DNA of 64,000 nucleotides from the human T2T-CHM13v2.0 reference genome, Homo sapiens: NCBI RefSeq assembly GCF_009914755.1, contig NC_060938.1; one strand, 5' to 3'. Shown piece by piece: positions 1 to 15,345 of this stretch (position 1 is its first letter; each line of letters starts with the position of its first letter). The notes under the pieces were generated by a model. It saw only the letters and a program-made list of their open reading frames with translations, ran no database searches and was not told where the DNA came from. The position numbers and the translations under genes were made by a program.

Positions 1-348
1 GCAATTGGATGTTAATTTTTCAAGACCATGTCTCCAAACCTCCAGTGGCACTTATACTCGCTCATTGCTCCCACTTGTAGAGCCCATGTATGAGTTTCAT
101 GGATAAAGCTTGCCACTCAAGTGGAGATGGAGCTACATTAGAGAGGGGGCATAATAAAGTCCTTCTACCAGTTTAAATACATGCTCAACATTTACAAACT
201 CCTCTAATCTTCCAGTTTTCTCATCTATAAAGTGGGAATAATAATAGCACCCGCTTTTTATGGACTGTATTGTCATTCAAATTAGATAATATACATAAAG
301 CACTTAGCATACCACCTGGCATATAGCTAGCACAAACAATGATAACTA

Positions 349-681
<333 letters not shown>

Positions 682-785
682 TTACTCTGCAATGAAAGAG
701 TTGGCTTTCATCAGTGACAGCTTGCTTGAAAAGTGTGTATTGGGGCTCAGATTGCCTACCTGGCAATTAGTCAAACTGATATATA

Positions 786-1106
<321 letters not shown>

Positions 1107-1567
1107 CTATATGCCTTGGCCTCATTTGGAATCCAGATGAATCTGCTTCCCTGTCTCAGGAGTACATCAGGCTGGAGTAGCTTATAACCTTCTGTACGGT
1201 ACTCGTGGTCTCAGGAGCCTGTCACTACGGTATACTGGCCTCCTTGTTTGGCATCATTTAGCTCTCTGATCTAAAAGGATATGTCCTAGGAACTTGATTT
1301 ATAGATTACCAAGGCACACTTTTCCAAATGTGCCTAGAGGTCCTTAGGACTGTCCCAAGCTCTGGGGTTCATGAGCTATAATAACAGTGTGGTGTTTACA
1401 ATACCATTATGGTGCTTATTTTATGGGGTACGAACTTGGAATTCAAACTGGTTAAAGGACTTACTCATAATTACCAAAGCAACAATTGAATTGAAACTTG
1501 AAGCCAAGTTACTGAATCTAGCTCAGTACACTTTCAAGGCTATACTTTTTTTTTGTCATTCTTCTAA

Positions 1568-1988
1568 TACTGTATTTGTCTGTTCTCACATTACTATAAA
1601 GAAATACCCTAGACTGGGTAATTTATAAAGAAAAGAGGTTTAATTGTCTCATGGTTCTGCAGGCTATACAGGAAGCATGGCAGCATCTGCTTCTGGGGAG
1701 GCCTCAGGAAGTTTTCAATTATGGCAGAAGGCAAAGGAGGCGTGAAACGTCTTACATGGCAGGAGCAGGAGCAAGAAAGAGAGTGAGGCAGAAGGTGCTA
1801 CACACTTGTAAACAACAAGTTCTCACGAAAACTCACTACCAGAAGAACACCACCAAGGGAATGGGGCTAAACCCACCATGGAAACCACTCCCATGACCCA
1901 TCACCTCCCACCAGGCCCCACCTCTGACACTGGGGATTACAATTTGACATGAGATATGCACAGGGACACAGATCCAAAACATATCAAA
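1568..1988 (-). mobile_element. MaLR-type LTR (THE1/MST-like solo LTR).
   Basis: The reverse complement matches the widespread consensus TGATATG..CCCAAATCTCATGTCAAATTGTAATCCCCAGTG...CTGCCATGTAAGAC...CAATTAAACCTCTTTTCTTTATAAATTACCCAGTC. Confidence 0.6.
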
Positions 1989-2490
1989 CACGAAATATAG
2001 ATTATTAAATTCTGAATCAGCTACAGTAATAATACCATGATCATTTCTCTCTCAGAGAAAACAGACTATAATCTCACCACTAATGATATATATGTATGTA
2101 TGTATATACACATAAATATCTATCTATCTATAATTTTTTTGGTAGGTGTTTTACCAGGAGCTGTGATGAATTCACACGTTTTCACTTAGGGCTCCTTGAT
2201 CTCAAGGGCTAGACAGGATTTAGGATATAGTCTATGATCCTGAAAGAGTAATTATGACTGTCCTGTCTATAGACCTCGTCTGTGATGTTGGTCTTAGCCT
2301 GCCTGTTGGTCCTAATGTATGTGAGAGACTAGTTTCATGAAAAGCCTTCCTCTTCATTATCCAGACTGTGTACCACATAACTTTATTTCCTAAGCTGTGT
2401 AACAAAAGGTTTGAATTACATGATCTCTGAAACCTCTCCATTCTATAATTCTATTAAATAATCTTTCTATGCAATTTTTCTTTTATTCCT

Positions 2491-2614
2491 TTTTTTTTCA
2501 AGATGGGGTCTCACTATGTTATCCAGGCGGGACTCGAACTCCTGAGCTAAAGCAATCCTCCCACCTCAGCCTTCTGAGGAGCTGGAACTATGGGCATGTA
2601 GCACGGTGCCTGGC
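2491..2614 (-). mobile_element. Alu monomer / partial Alu.
   Basis: AGATGGGGTCTCACTATGTTATCCAGGC...CTCAGCCTTCTGAGGAGCTGG. Confidence 0.6.
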
Positions 2615-2740
2615 ACTTTTTCATTCTTTTGATTGAACATTGTTGCTTCTACAACCCAGAGTGTCTGTCTGGGTAAGTAATAATTCTTGGTTTCACAGCT
2701 AGTGAAATTTTCATATAAATTTGCTCTTCTATTTTTTTAA

Positions 2741-2961
<221 letters not shown>

Positions 2962-4577
2962 TAGAAAAGATTGGGAGAAGACACTAAGTCAGTTTTTCTT
3001 TGGGTAGTCCAGTATTACATGATGAGTCAAGTAAAGAAGAAAAGATAAAGGAAAATAAGCTCAAGAGGATTCCAAAGCTTCAGGCCCAGGAAATAGGAGA
3101 AATGATAGTGCCAATAAAGCATGAGGAATCTGAACTAATGATGCTGGCACATCTAAATGGAGGTGAGAATCACTGAAAAAAATCAGACTAGAACCCAGGC
3201 GAACCATCAAGGTTGGAGACAGAGGAGAGGTGAGCTTCCTGACAGGGAGCATAAAACAAAGGAAAGGAAGAACGTGAGCAACCCAGCCAGGACTAGGCAC
3301 AGGAGACAAGTGATACCTAGAGTCCCACACACTTACTTGTACTAAACATTAACCTGCATGTCCAGTCCTACCCAGTACCTGAGTCAACCTTGGAAAGATA
3401 AGAGAGATATCAGAAATTTCACCCTCACCAGCAAAGGGGGTGGAGGGAAGACTGTTGGGGGAGCTATTAGAGAGCATCTAGAACACCTTGGCTTATCATC
3501 TGATTCACCAAAGGTAAGAATCCCAGGCCTCTACAGTCATCAAACTAGTCTTGCCAGGTCACCACCATGGCTGCCCAATCTGTATGCATAGTTTCTATCC
3601 CAATTCCTACTTCTCACTCCACTTCCCTTCTGGGGTTGAAATGTTACCCTGATATTACCCTATTCTTAGTCTGCCTGGCTGAAGACCCAGACTGTTACCT
3701 TGCCTATATTCAGTCCCTTCTCACTGATGAATGGACTATTGACTAGGGTCCTCCTTCAAGTCAGAGGTCTCCTCTCTCCTCACTCTTCCCTCAGTTTTAA
3801 AGACAAATAATGAAAGTCAGAACTTTCTGCAATGAACCACCCTCATCCACATACCTGTGGATCCTTGGCTATCAGCTCCAAGGATGAAGCCACACCCCCC
3901 TGGACACTTTGATCTGGCTTACTGGATTTTGGATTGGAGAAATAAGAGAAGGTCCATCCAGGAGAGTGTGCTATCTCTAAAGCCAGAAGAAGAGAAATTT
4001 TTAGGGTAAGAGCCAGTTTTCACGCCAATCAGTTCCTGTAGAAAGATGAAAGAGAATGAAGATGGCCACAGATTGTTAGATTTGGTAAGAAGCAGGTCAC
4101 AGTAACAGTGGAGGGAGATAATTTCAATCATGTGGTAGACCTAGAAGGCAGAATACAGGGAATTTTATTTTGAATGCTTTTTATAGTAGAGAAACTCAGA
4201 TAAGAAAGATTCAGTCACTATGAAACCTTTATTTAAGTCTGCCTTTAGGTACAAATCACAAAAAATGTTCATAGAAGTTCATCCAGAGAGCTTGTCATCT
4301 CCTTCAATTTCCTTCTTCCCGTTCTTTATTCTTCCTTCTCTTTTCTCTTATACATCCTACTTACCCCTTCTCATTTTCAATTACATTCCTAGTCTATCTT
4401 AAATAGAGAAACAGAAAAAGATCTTACTAAAATAACGAAATCTAAAAATAAATAAATAAAATACATGCCAAGTACTTCTGGGGCCAGAATGAAGAAGGGT
4501 GCAAGGGAGACTCCATCATCACCCTTAGAAATATGAAAATCTTAATAAACAATGGTAATAGAAAACTGACCTACACA

Positions 4578-4900
4578 GGCCGGGCATTGTGGCTCACGCC
4601 TGTAATCCCAGCACTTTCGGAGGTCGAGGTGGGTGGATCACCTGAGGTCGGGAGTTCAAGACCAGCCTGACCAACATGGAGCAACCCCGTCTCTACTAAA
4701 AATACAAAATTAGCCAGATGTAATAGCTGTAATCCCAGCAACTCAGGGAGGCTGAGGCAGGAGAATCAATTGAACTCAGGAGGAAGAGGTTGCGGTGAGC
4801 TGAGATCACGCCATTGCACTCCAGCCTGGGCAACAGAGTAAAACTCTGTCTCAAAAAAAAAAAAAAGAAAAGAAAAAGAAAAGAAAAGAAAAAGAAAATT
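4578..4900 (+). mobile_element. Alu SINE with an A/GAAA-rich tail.
   Basis: GGCCGGGCATTGTGGCTCACGCC... Confidence 0.85.
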
Positions 4901-4904
4901 GACA

Positions 4905-5590
4905 ACAGGTGCTGGAGAGGATATGGAGAAATAGGAACACTTTTACACTGTTGGTGGGACTGTAAACTAGTTCAACCATTGTGGAAGTCAGTGTGGCGAT
5001 TCCTCAGGGATCTAGAACTAGAAATACCATTTGACCCAGCCATCCCATTACTGGGTATATGCCCAAAGGAATATAAATCATGCCGCTATAAAGACACATG
5101 CACACATATGTTTATTGCATCACTATTCACAATAGCAAAGACTTGGAACCAACCCAAATGTCCAACAATGATAGACCGGATTAAGAAAATGTGGCACATA
5201 TACACCATGGAATACTATGCAGCCATAAAAAATGATGAGTTCATGTCCTTTGTAGGGACATGGATGAGATTGGAAATCATCATTCTCAGTAGACTATCAC
5301 AAGGACAAAAAAACCAAACACCGCATGTTCTCACTCATAGGTGGGAATTGAACAATGAGAACACGTGGACACAGGAAGGGGAACATCACACTCTGGAGAA
5401 TGTTGTGGGGTGGGGGGAGGGGGGAAGGATAGCATTAGGAGATATACCTAATGCTAAATGACGAGTTAATGGGTGCAGCACACCAGCATGGCACATGTAT
5501 ACATATGTAACTAACCTGCACATTGGGCACATGTACCCTAAAACTTAAAGTATAATAATAATAAAATAAAATAAATTAAAAAAAAAAAAA
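4905..5590 (+). mobile_element. L1 (LINE-1) 3' end. Contains the ORF2 C-terminal fragment and the 3'UTR with an A-rich tail.
   Basis: ...CCCAAATGTCCAACAATGATAGACCGGATTAAGAAAATGTGGCACATATACACCATGGAATACTATGCAGCCATAAAAAATGATGAG.. The 215-aa ORF 4814..5461 is the L1 ORF2 tail. Confidence 0.85.
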
Positions 5591-7221
5591 GAAAAAGAAA
5601 ATTGACCTAAACACACACAAAAAAACTGACCCTTTTTTGCTCTCAGCTGTCCAGTAGGCAGAAATGGAAAGAGCAGACAGGAAGGATAGAGGTGAGTCAT
5701 AGAGGGCGGGAATACACAATCATTAAGTGAAAGCCATTATCCTCAGGAAGGCTCCAGAGAAGAGAGTAGGTGGCAAGAGCAGCAGAATTATCTGAAAAGC
5801 CTCTGGAATACCCACTTCCTCTTTGCTATGGAGAAACAGGGCATGGCATGCCCCACTTCCTTCTGTTTCAAATGCATTCCCCCTTCTCTAATGGGTGAGA
5901 CTCTAGGCAGCCTTTAAGATCCAGTTCAAAATACACCCATCGGATGACACCTTTCCTAACAGAAGCCTTCCTGAGCAGAGTTCACTGCTCTATCCTCTGG
6001 GCTCTCGCAAGACTCGTCCATACATGTAAGTCCACTCAAAATTTGTATTTGTTTATGTCTATCTGCTGGTCAGGAGCTCTCTGACCTCTGTATCTTGGTG
6101 CCTCCTACAGTGCCTGCCACACAGTAGGTAATTAATAACTGTGTGAGGGAGAAAGAAGAGAAAGAAAAAAGAGAGGCAGTGGGGAGAGCAGGATGGGGGA
6201 AGAGAGAAAGAGGAAGCACCTGACTACCTTCCCTGGCCAAGATAAAGGGAAATGGATTTAAAAATAACTCTGGGGGAAAGGAACTGAAAGGGGGAAATGA
6301 CTTTTCTGAGTCTTGTCTGCTTCTCACTCTTCTCTCCCCCCACATCCTCTCACCACTTGAGACCTCAGGCAACAACGGTCTCATTTTCACTCCTGATTCC
6401 TCAGTTTGCCCAAAAGAAAGAAGCCACACAGGCTTCTGACTTCTTCCACCCCATCTCCTTAAACCTCAGATCATCTGTTTTTCCACTGTGGGCCTCTCCC
6501 TCCTTGGCCTCTGCCCCCATCATCTTTCCCACACAACACTCCTGCCACATGGCCCTGGGGGGCCCGTCAGGCCTCTCAGGCCCCTGTGCCGTGCATGTCC
6601 ATGTGGGAGCTTCTGCCTCAGAAGGAAACCAAGAGGTTCTCAGGGGCAGCCTGTGGTGTCTCGCTGGGAAATGCTAGACCAGGCCTACAAAGTTACCCGG
6701 GAGAGAATATTGTTAAGAAGGTTTAGGCATCCCAGGGATGGGAGAGGAGAAAGGAGCAAGTTCCAGGAAAAAAAGGGCTGAACGATTTACAGTCCTTACT
6801 CCTACACTCCTCAAACTCTTTCATGGATGGCCATTCCACATTTTTCCCATGATCCATGGGTCAGAACCATTTTTCCAACTGTCCTCCCATGGTCTCTACA
6901 CTTTGGCTACTGAAGCTTCTTAACTCTCTTTCAAACTAGATGCCCTTTCCCTAAGAATCCCTAAGCCTTGTGGAGTTGCTCCCGAGTCTCCTTTCCTCAC
7001 CTGGGTATTCAGCTGCCTCCCCTTTCCCTATATGTTTTCCCCAGGAGTTCTGGAACCACCATTTCCTCAATGGAGATCATACGTACAAAAGCAGTTTACA
7101 ATGCACAGTGTGAGAATAAAATACTACCAAGAATAAAGCCTCTTTTCACTCCCCACAATCTCTGTCCTTCTCTCAGGCTATTTCTTATGCCCTCCTCTCC
7201 CCATACACTGTTGCTCCCTCT

Positions 7222-7774
7222 TCACCCAGCAGGTTTGGTTTGGTGTGGGGTGGGAACCAAAGCTATGTGCTGCACAGTGGGCAGTGTCAGGATGCAGGCA
7301 GGCATCTCAGCCCGAGGCCTTGGCAGAGTTCCCAGGCAGAGCCATCGGCCCAGGCCAGGACAGTAGGCATGGATAAGGTGAGAGAGGGCATAAGTACGGT
7401 GACTGTAGCCCCCGAGCACCAGTAGCTCCCCCTGCAGCACAGCACTTGCAGCCCCCACATGGGGGGAGGGTAGGGGTGCCAGGTGAGTCCAGCTATCAGT
7501 CCTTAGTTCATAGGCCTCAAAGCTTAGCAGGTCCTCAGTCTCACCCAGCCCACCTGCCACATACAACCTCCCACCCAATGCAGCCATGACATGGCCAGCC
7601 CGAGGTACCCCCATAGGGCTCAGAAACGTCCCTGGCTTCTCAAGTTTGGGGTCATAGTGCATCAGTGAGGCCAGGTATTGGCCAGTCCCACCACAGCCAC
7701 CGCTCACGTACAACTGGCCCTCCAAAATCGCAGCTGCGTGGGCAAAACATGGTGCTGGAAGTGCAGGTGCTGGC
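7222..7774 (-). CDS. KLHL33: KLHL33 terminal coding exon with Kelch repeats (GQLYVSGG, GRLYVAGG, GELLVLGGY) and the stop codon.
   Basis: Acceptor ctcccttag | GCCAGCACC. Open frame runs to the stop at 7222-7224 (C-terminal part of the 623-aa ORF). Confidence 0.65.
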
Positions 7775-7873
7775 CTAAGGGAGAACAGGACACAAGATAA
7801 GGCAACTAGCATCTTCAACTCTCCTTCTATTCCAAGTCTCCTAATCTCTCCCAGATGCCCCCTTGCCTGCTTA

Positions 7874-8041
7874 CCTCCAGACATTGAGCTCAGGGTTGTA
7901 GGTCTCCACAGAGTCCAGGGCAACATCATTGTGTCTTCCACCCAGGGCATAAAGTTTTCCATCCAGTGCCACCAAGGAGAAAAGGCTTCGAGCCTGGGAC
8001 AAAGGAGCCATCTCCTCCCAGTCCTCTTGACTGGGCTCCCA
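7874..8041 (-). CDS. KLHL33: KLHL33 coding exon, Kelch repeat (WEPSQEDWEEMAPLSQARSLFSLVALDGKLYALGGRHNDVALDSVETYNPELNVW).
   Basis: Acceptor ctgtgtccag | GTGGGAGCC and donor GGAG | gtaagcagg. Phase is consistent with the flanking exons (AG+G=Arg on both sides). Confidence 0.65.
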
Positions 8042-8167
8042 CCTGGACACAGTAGGACAAGAGATTGGAAGAGGGACTCTGGGCATCCGTGGTTGGCTAG
8101 GCCAGCAATTTCTCTCCCTGCCCACCTTAGGGCCTGCCACACCCTGCCCACTCCTAGAAGCTTATAC

Positions 8168-9092
8168 CTGAGAGTTGAAGCCAGGGTGTTGGAGTGACTG
8201 TAGAAATCTTGTCCCCCACACACATAGAGTTCACTTCCTGCCAGGCTTGCAGCCCCATGCCGGAAGCGTCCGGGGGCAGGCAGGGCAGGCAGCTGCCCCC
8301 ACTCAACAGTTCGTACCAGTCCCACGCCACAGCGGAAGGCCCGGGCCCACCACACTGCTCGGGATGGTTGTCTTAGGGCCATGTCTGGTCTGAGCCCATC
8401 CCCGCCAATCACTACCAGTGCCCGGTCAGGCTCCCTCCGTCTCTCTTGGCCTGGAACATCAGCCTCTACCATCAGCTGGTGCAACAGATCTGGGGTCAGG
8501 GGTGGAAGTAGCCCGGCTGCCTGCACCCTCCGCAACTCCCTGGTGGACATGCGGCCAAAGCGGACACATCGCAGCAGGGCCTTGGCCTCTGACTCCTGGG
8601 TCTCGGGGTTGGCAGCCAGCCAACACCGTGCAGCCACAAAGGCCTCAAACTCCTCCTGCACATGGAGCTCATCACTATCCAGGAGCTCAGCCAAGCAGGC
8701 AGCTGGTAAAGAAGGGAAAGCAGGACACAAGGCTACAGCAGGCAGGTGGGTGAGGAGGTAGTGACGGGCTTTGCTCCAGAGCCTCTCCAACCCAGGGGCT
8801 TCCGCCATGGGGAACAGGGCCAGGCAACGGGCAGGGCTGAGGCCCCGTGCCAAGCCTTTCTGACACAAATCCAAGCAGGAAGAGCTCTGGTACTGCAGAG
8901 CAGCCTGGGCAGCTCTCAGTAGCCCTGGCCACCTTGCCCGCACAACTCCGGAGTAAGCAAAAGAGACGAGGAGTCGCAGGTCCTGGGTGGAGATCGTCCG
9001 CAGAGATACCTCTGTGCCCTGGGATTCCCTCATCCCGCTCAGGAGCATGGCCCCAAAGAACTCACTGCCACAGGCCAGGGCGGCTCGGTGCA
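8168..9092 (-). CDS. KLHL33: KLHL33 coding exon covering the rest of the BTB domain (HRAALACGSEFFGAMLLSGMRESQ...), the BACK domain and the first Kelch repeat. Acceptor AG is rc of 9093-9094 after a pyrimidine tract. Donor GT is rc of 8166-8167.
   Basis: 623-aa minus-strand ORF 7222..9093 in the track (its start is a GTG, so the ORF start is not a real initiator). BTB/BACK/Kelch motifs are present (SELYVCGG). Phase is compatible with the upstream exon. Confidence 0.65.
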
Positions 9093-9817
9093 CTGCAGGA
9101 GGGGAGAAGGAATAGAGGAGGACTCAAAGTGTTGCAAGACCGATAGGCATTACCCCAACTTGGTACTCTAAGTTTGGCCAAACTCTAAGTTTGGCCCTCC
9201 AAGCCACCCACTGCTACAGACCAAACTGTGGTGTGCATCAGAATACCATGGGGTAGTTGTTAAAATGCAGGTTTCAGCAGTCCACTCCCAGAGATTCTGA
9301 TTCAGCAGTTCTGGACGGAGACCCTAGAAATTTGTATTGTAACACTTCAAGTAACCCTATGTGATTCTCATGTTAGTGGCCTGAAGACACTTAGATAAAC
9401 ATTGCTTTAGTCTTTTTGGTCAGATGAGTCAGAAAAAGAGTCTTCATGGATCAGGTTGAGAGGAAAGCATTTGCTAAGAGGAGCACAAAATAAATGGGAA
9501 ATGACCAACAAGCAACTTATATAGGTCTGTCTATATCGTGACAAAATAAAATTCTTTACAATCAAGAGCCAAGACTGTCAGCCATTCTGTTAGATTTTGC
9601 TGGGAAAGTGGCACCACTCGGGAATGGCTGTAATCCAACCTCATCGGATTGCTGTCTCCTCTTGCCTAAGATTTAGTGTTTAATGTTTTCCGTGCGTCCC
9701 AGCTTTTCTCTGCATAACCCTCTCCTGTTCTTGGTGTAATTTGTAGAATCATGAGATCTGAAACTTGAGAACTTCAAAATAATCTAATTCAATTATTCCC
9801 TTTAAAATAAGGAAACT

Positions 9818-10164
<347 letters not shown>

Positions 10165-10493
10165 TCATTTCCATGCAGTGGCTGTGTGGGCAGATCATCT
10201 CCATCCACTGCCACTGATGTCAGGCTGCAATAAGCATGCTTGTGTACCAATACCTTGGTTATCTGCATGGTCCTCATGACAATGAAACTGTCCTATTAAC
10301 CTACGCTGTTAAACAATTAGACCTCATACTCAGCATCACTTATGGATTATTCTGGCCAAAATATTTAACTTGAATCTGTTCAACTCTTTAGATCTAAAGT
10401 CAAGTTTATAGGAAGTTGAAAGGCTAAAGGAACAATTTAGAGGGGAAAAACCACACAAATCAAGAAAATGGAGCATTTTATAGGATAACCAAT

Positions 10494-10786
<293 letters not shown>

Positions 10787-11003
10787 CAGGGTAACCAATC
10801 TTACATGTTATTGTCTTTACCAATCAATATATAAAGTAATAAAAAAAAAAAAGGAGGAAGGACTGTACTAGATTAAAGGAAGCTTAAGAGACATGCAACT
10901 GAGAATAGCATAGTCCTTGATTAATTCCTGGGTTGAACAAACTCACTTTAAAAAATGTTTTTTGGACAACTGGGAAAATATAAATGTGGACTAGGTGATA
11001 TTA

Positions 11004-11459
<456 letters not shown>

Positions 11460-12651
11460 TCACACCTAGTCCCACAGAATTGTCTTCTTTTAAAAAGATA
11501 CATACCCAAATACTTATGAGTAAAATGTCATGAATTTCCTTTAAACTTCAGTAAAAAATAAAATGAACAGATGAAATAAATATAGTAAAATATTAGTTGT
11601 TAAATCTGGGTGATGGGTGTTGTTTGAATGTTCATCTTAATATTCTTGGTTTTGTAAAATGCTTCATAATAAAAAGGTGGGGGGTAATGCTCCTAGAAGT
11701 CCTTTTAGGCAGGTCACAGAGGGCCAAGCTGTTTAAGAACTCCATGCTGCTTTGACCAACTGAGGCATGCGTGCCTTTCCCAAAGGGCAGGTGTTGTTCA
11801 TATGACTTTCCACTGTCTTTTAAGCAGTAGGTAGTGGCCTGGTGCTTCCCAGGTAGTAAACATCAATGACAGATTTCAAATATATATTGTCTGAGAAAAT
11901 CTGCATTCCTCAAAACAAGCTAAGCCATCTCAGCTCCCATATCATCAATCAACCTATAGTTCAGAGCCAACCCTGAAAGGGCTCACAGCCACTTGTATTC
12001 ACCTCTTACTCATTACTATACCCTAGGATTTTAAGTGACAGATTCGCAACCATTAAGTGGGAATATTTCCTAGGGAAATAAAAGCAGTGATATGAGTATG
12101 CTTAAATTCAAAAGCCTAGTGAGAATTTTATGATTATGAAAAATTTAAATCCCCTCTCCATCTAGTGCTATCATAAATGAAAATAGGCTTTTGGAGTGGT
12201 TTTCCTTCTAGGAGTCCCAGAAGCACTTCAGTTCCCAGTCACTCCTCTAATGGGCAGTAGCTATGTGACTTTGGACAAGTCTTGGATTCTGATTTCGTCA
12301 TCATCAAAGTGTAACAGCCCAACTAGATAATCTCTAAACTAATCCCTTGTAATTTTAAACTTTCAATGTGTCCACATGGCCTAGTGGAAGCAGACTGGAC
12401 TAGTGATGTAGGCTTGTATCCTGGGGTTGTCCCAAGTCAACATCTCCAAATTTAATGTTCCTTATGTGCACCTGTAGATAATGATATTGACCTCACCAGC
12501 TTTCAGTAAAATTTAAAAAGAGATGTCATGTGTAAAAATTTCAGGTACCCAGTGCCTCACTAAATGTTAGTAGACTCCGAATAATACTCAACTTATGCAA
12601 CCCTACTTAGCTTTCCTGGTGATGAGCAGAGTTAACTTCAAAGTGCCATGG

Positions 12652-12965
<314 letters not shown>

Positions 12966-13452
12966 TTAAACAGTACCAGACCTTGCTCATTAGCTGCAGG
13001 GCCCATAAGTCAGCCATGGCGTCAAGCACACCAAGGTGAAAGCACACATTGAGTTTTCCACCATGTTCCCCTGGCTTTCCTGTGTCCTGAATGGAGGATG
13101 CCAAGAAGGGCCTTTTGTTAATTTCTGCTTGAGTCAATCCACTTTCTGCTTGTTCTACTGCCATGGATTGTACCCTTAGCTCTAGCCAGCTGGCTGGAGA
13201 TTCCTTGTTACTGGACACAGGAAAAGCCAGACAGAGGGTCAGTTTAAATCTGTCAGAGCGCCTAGAAAACAACTCGACTGCGCATGCCCGGCTCTCCGTG
13301 GGGCAGGAGAGGCACCAAAGGCCACCCCAGGGAAATTCTGACAGCAGCAGGGATCAAAACCATCATGGTGGGGATAAAACCACCTGCTGCTTGCACACAC
13401 CATTCCGTTAGCATATGCACCTGCAGTAATTTAATGCCCCACAGGCCCTCAC

Positions 13453-14200
13453 CCGACAGCTGGCAGCCGCCTGCCTCCAGCTTCAAGTCACACCCGACGC
13501 CCTCTCGGTAGAGGAGCTCGATTCCGCGCAGGTTCTCCCTCAGCTCCTCTGCCTGGCTGGGCTTCTTTACATCTTCCCCGGCATTTCCAGCCCTCTCGCA
13601 TGTCTGCTGGGCAGCAGCCTTCACCCGGGGCGCTCCCAGCGCCTCTGCTGCGGCCAGCACATCCCCCTGCGAGGCGGGGCCCAGCACCCCCTCATAGGCA
13701 AAGGTCAGCACGGCCTCCCAGCCCCCTGGGGACACCTCGAGGCTGAAGGGGGGCCGCGGACCTCCGCCGCCCAGCAGCCTGTCTCGGAAGAGGCTGCTGA
13801 TTGCGGCCAGGATCACCCGATGCACCCCGTATACCCGCCCCGCGACTGACACCTCTTCGTCCAGCAACAGTCTCTGCTCCCGCAGCCGCTGGGCCTCGGC
13901 GAAAAACTGGCTCGGATGCTCCTCGCTGCGCAGCCACTCGGGCTCTGCCGCATCTTCATCTTCTTCCTCTTCCTCTTCTTCCTCTAGGGACAAGGCTGGA
14001 AAGGGAAGGTTCCTTGGGACCAGGGGCCTGGAACCAGGCTCCTCCAGAGGAAAGGAAGGCAATCTGGGATCCTCGTCGGGGGAGGGAGGCCAGGAAGGGG
14101 TTCTCTGGGCGTGCACAAGGAGTCCAAGGCAGTCCCTCTGGACGGGATGAGAGACACTCTCCAGCTCAGGGGGATAATGTGGGGTGTCCGAGACGCTCAT
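13453..14200 (-). CDS. KLHL33: KLHL33 first coding exon (long isoform). ATG is rc of 14198-14200. Encodes the N-terminal region, a poly-Glu tract and a BTB-like segment (VSVAGRVYGVHRVILAAISSLFRDRL...LTFAYEGVL). Donor GT at 13451-13452 follows ...CAG CTG TCG G.
   Basis: Long minus-strand ORF with a BTB-like motif. First ATG in the frame. Acceptor-like cacctgcag lies just upstream at about 14219. The frame continues into the exon at 9092. The position relative to OSGEP/APEX1 matches the expected locus. Confidence 0.6.
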
Positions 14201-14896
14201 GCCGAGGTTTGCTGGATAGCTGCAGGTGAGCAGAGGCAAGACAGCCTGGCGTCAGAGCTGGGCCCAAAGAGGCCAGAGCAACCATGTCTCCAGCCAGTTG
14301 AAATGTCAGTCTCTCCCCTGCTCCAACACCCTCCTCCTACCCTCAGCCACATCCCAGCACTGGAGTATCTGGGATATACAGGACAGCTATAGGGTGCACG
14401 CGGTGCAGTGAAACATGCAAGAAGCCCTGTAAAGATCCGGTAACCGGGACCACACCCCTCCCCTATTGCCCCCATCCTTTTAGTCACCCTCAGGAGACAC
14501 CAGCGTTCCGCTTGCCCTCTCACTTAAGCGCCCGCTGTGCTTGGGGCTGCGTGGCAGAGGGAACTTGCCCACATGGCATCCCAGTCAGCCAGTGGCCCCA
14601 TGGGGCTAATTATAGCCAGTCCTGGCTGGCTAGGCACTTGGCACCTGGTGTCCTAACTCTGACACCCAATCCCCTGGGCTCCCTCCCAGACTGACATCCC
14701 CACCCTTCCACCTGTAGGTCATACAGGGGTGTGCTGAGCTAGGCAAATTAGGAAACCAAGGAGAATGAGGGGATCTGGTGGAATGAGCCCAAGGCCAGAA
14801 GGGCTGGGCCACTAGAGTGGGCTGGAAGGATCAGGCAAAGAGTCTGGACCAGGCTTTGGCTGTTGACTTTTCTGTGCATGATAAAGCTGGGACCCC

Positions 14897-15345
14897 GCCG
14901 GGCATGGTGGTTCTTGCCTGTAATCCTAGCACTTTGGGAGGCCAAGGTGGGTGAGTCACTGGAGCCCAGGAATTTGAGACCAGCCTGGGTAATATGATGA
15001 AACTCCATATTTTTTATATCTACCAAAAATTACAAAAATTAGCTGGACGTGGTGTCTCATGCCTGTAGTCATAGCACTGTGGGAGGCCAAGGCGGATGGA
15101 TCACTTGAGGCCAGCAGTTTGAGACCAAACTGGGCAACATGGTGAAACCCCATCTCTACAAAAAAATACAAAAATGAGCCAGGCATGGTGGGGCACATCT
15201 TTAGTCCCAGCTTCTTAGGAGGCTGAGGTGGGAGGATCACTTGAGCCCAGGAGGCAGAGGTTGCAGTGAGCTGAGGTCGCACCACACACTCCAGCTTGGG
15301 TGACAGAGCAAAACCCTGTCTCAAAAAACAAAAAAGCTGGGACCC
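14897..15345 (+). mobile_element. Composite: free left Alu monomer followed by a full Alu.
   Basis: Two successive left-arm copies (…GAGACCAGCCTGGGTAATATGATGAAACTCC… and …GAGACCAAACTGGGCAACATGGTGAAACCCC…) followed by one right arm and a tail. Confidence 0.75.

Noticed and set aside
4814-5461. 215-aa plus-strand ORF.
   Set aside because: It is the C-terminal end of L1 ORF2 within a 3'-truncated L1 copy (4905-5590). The upstream part of the ORF reads through an Alu tail.
6070-7366. Several 100-130 aa ORFs (6070..6429 -, 6297..6677 +, 6488..6781 +, 6968..7366 +) just 3' of KLHL33.
   Set aside because: No recognisable domains. Pro/Ser/Leu-rich with low complexity. They lie in the probable KLHL33 3' flank/UTR. 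Treated as chance ORFs.
7222-9093. The 623-aa ORF taken as a single-exon gene starting at 9093.
   Set aside because: The start codon is GTG, and the region after …TLASTLR is intronic read-through. The real structure is three spliced KLHL33 exons (see features), preceded by an upstream exon.
13692-14229. Plus-strand ORFs 13801..14229 and minus-strand ORF 13692..13937 (Arg/Pro/Gly-rich) overlapping the KLHL33 exon.
   Set aside because: Alternative-frame or antisense ORFs in a CpG-rich exon, with low-complexity translation and no domain-like motifs.
13262-14239. 325-aa ORF starting at 14239 (MPLLTCSY…) and the read-through tail after …CQLS (GEGLWGIKLL…).
   Set aside because: The start is TTG. 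The first real ATG is at 14200. The tail beyond 13453 is intronic (gtgagg donor).
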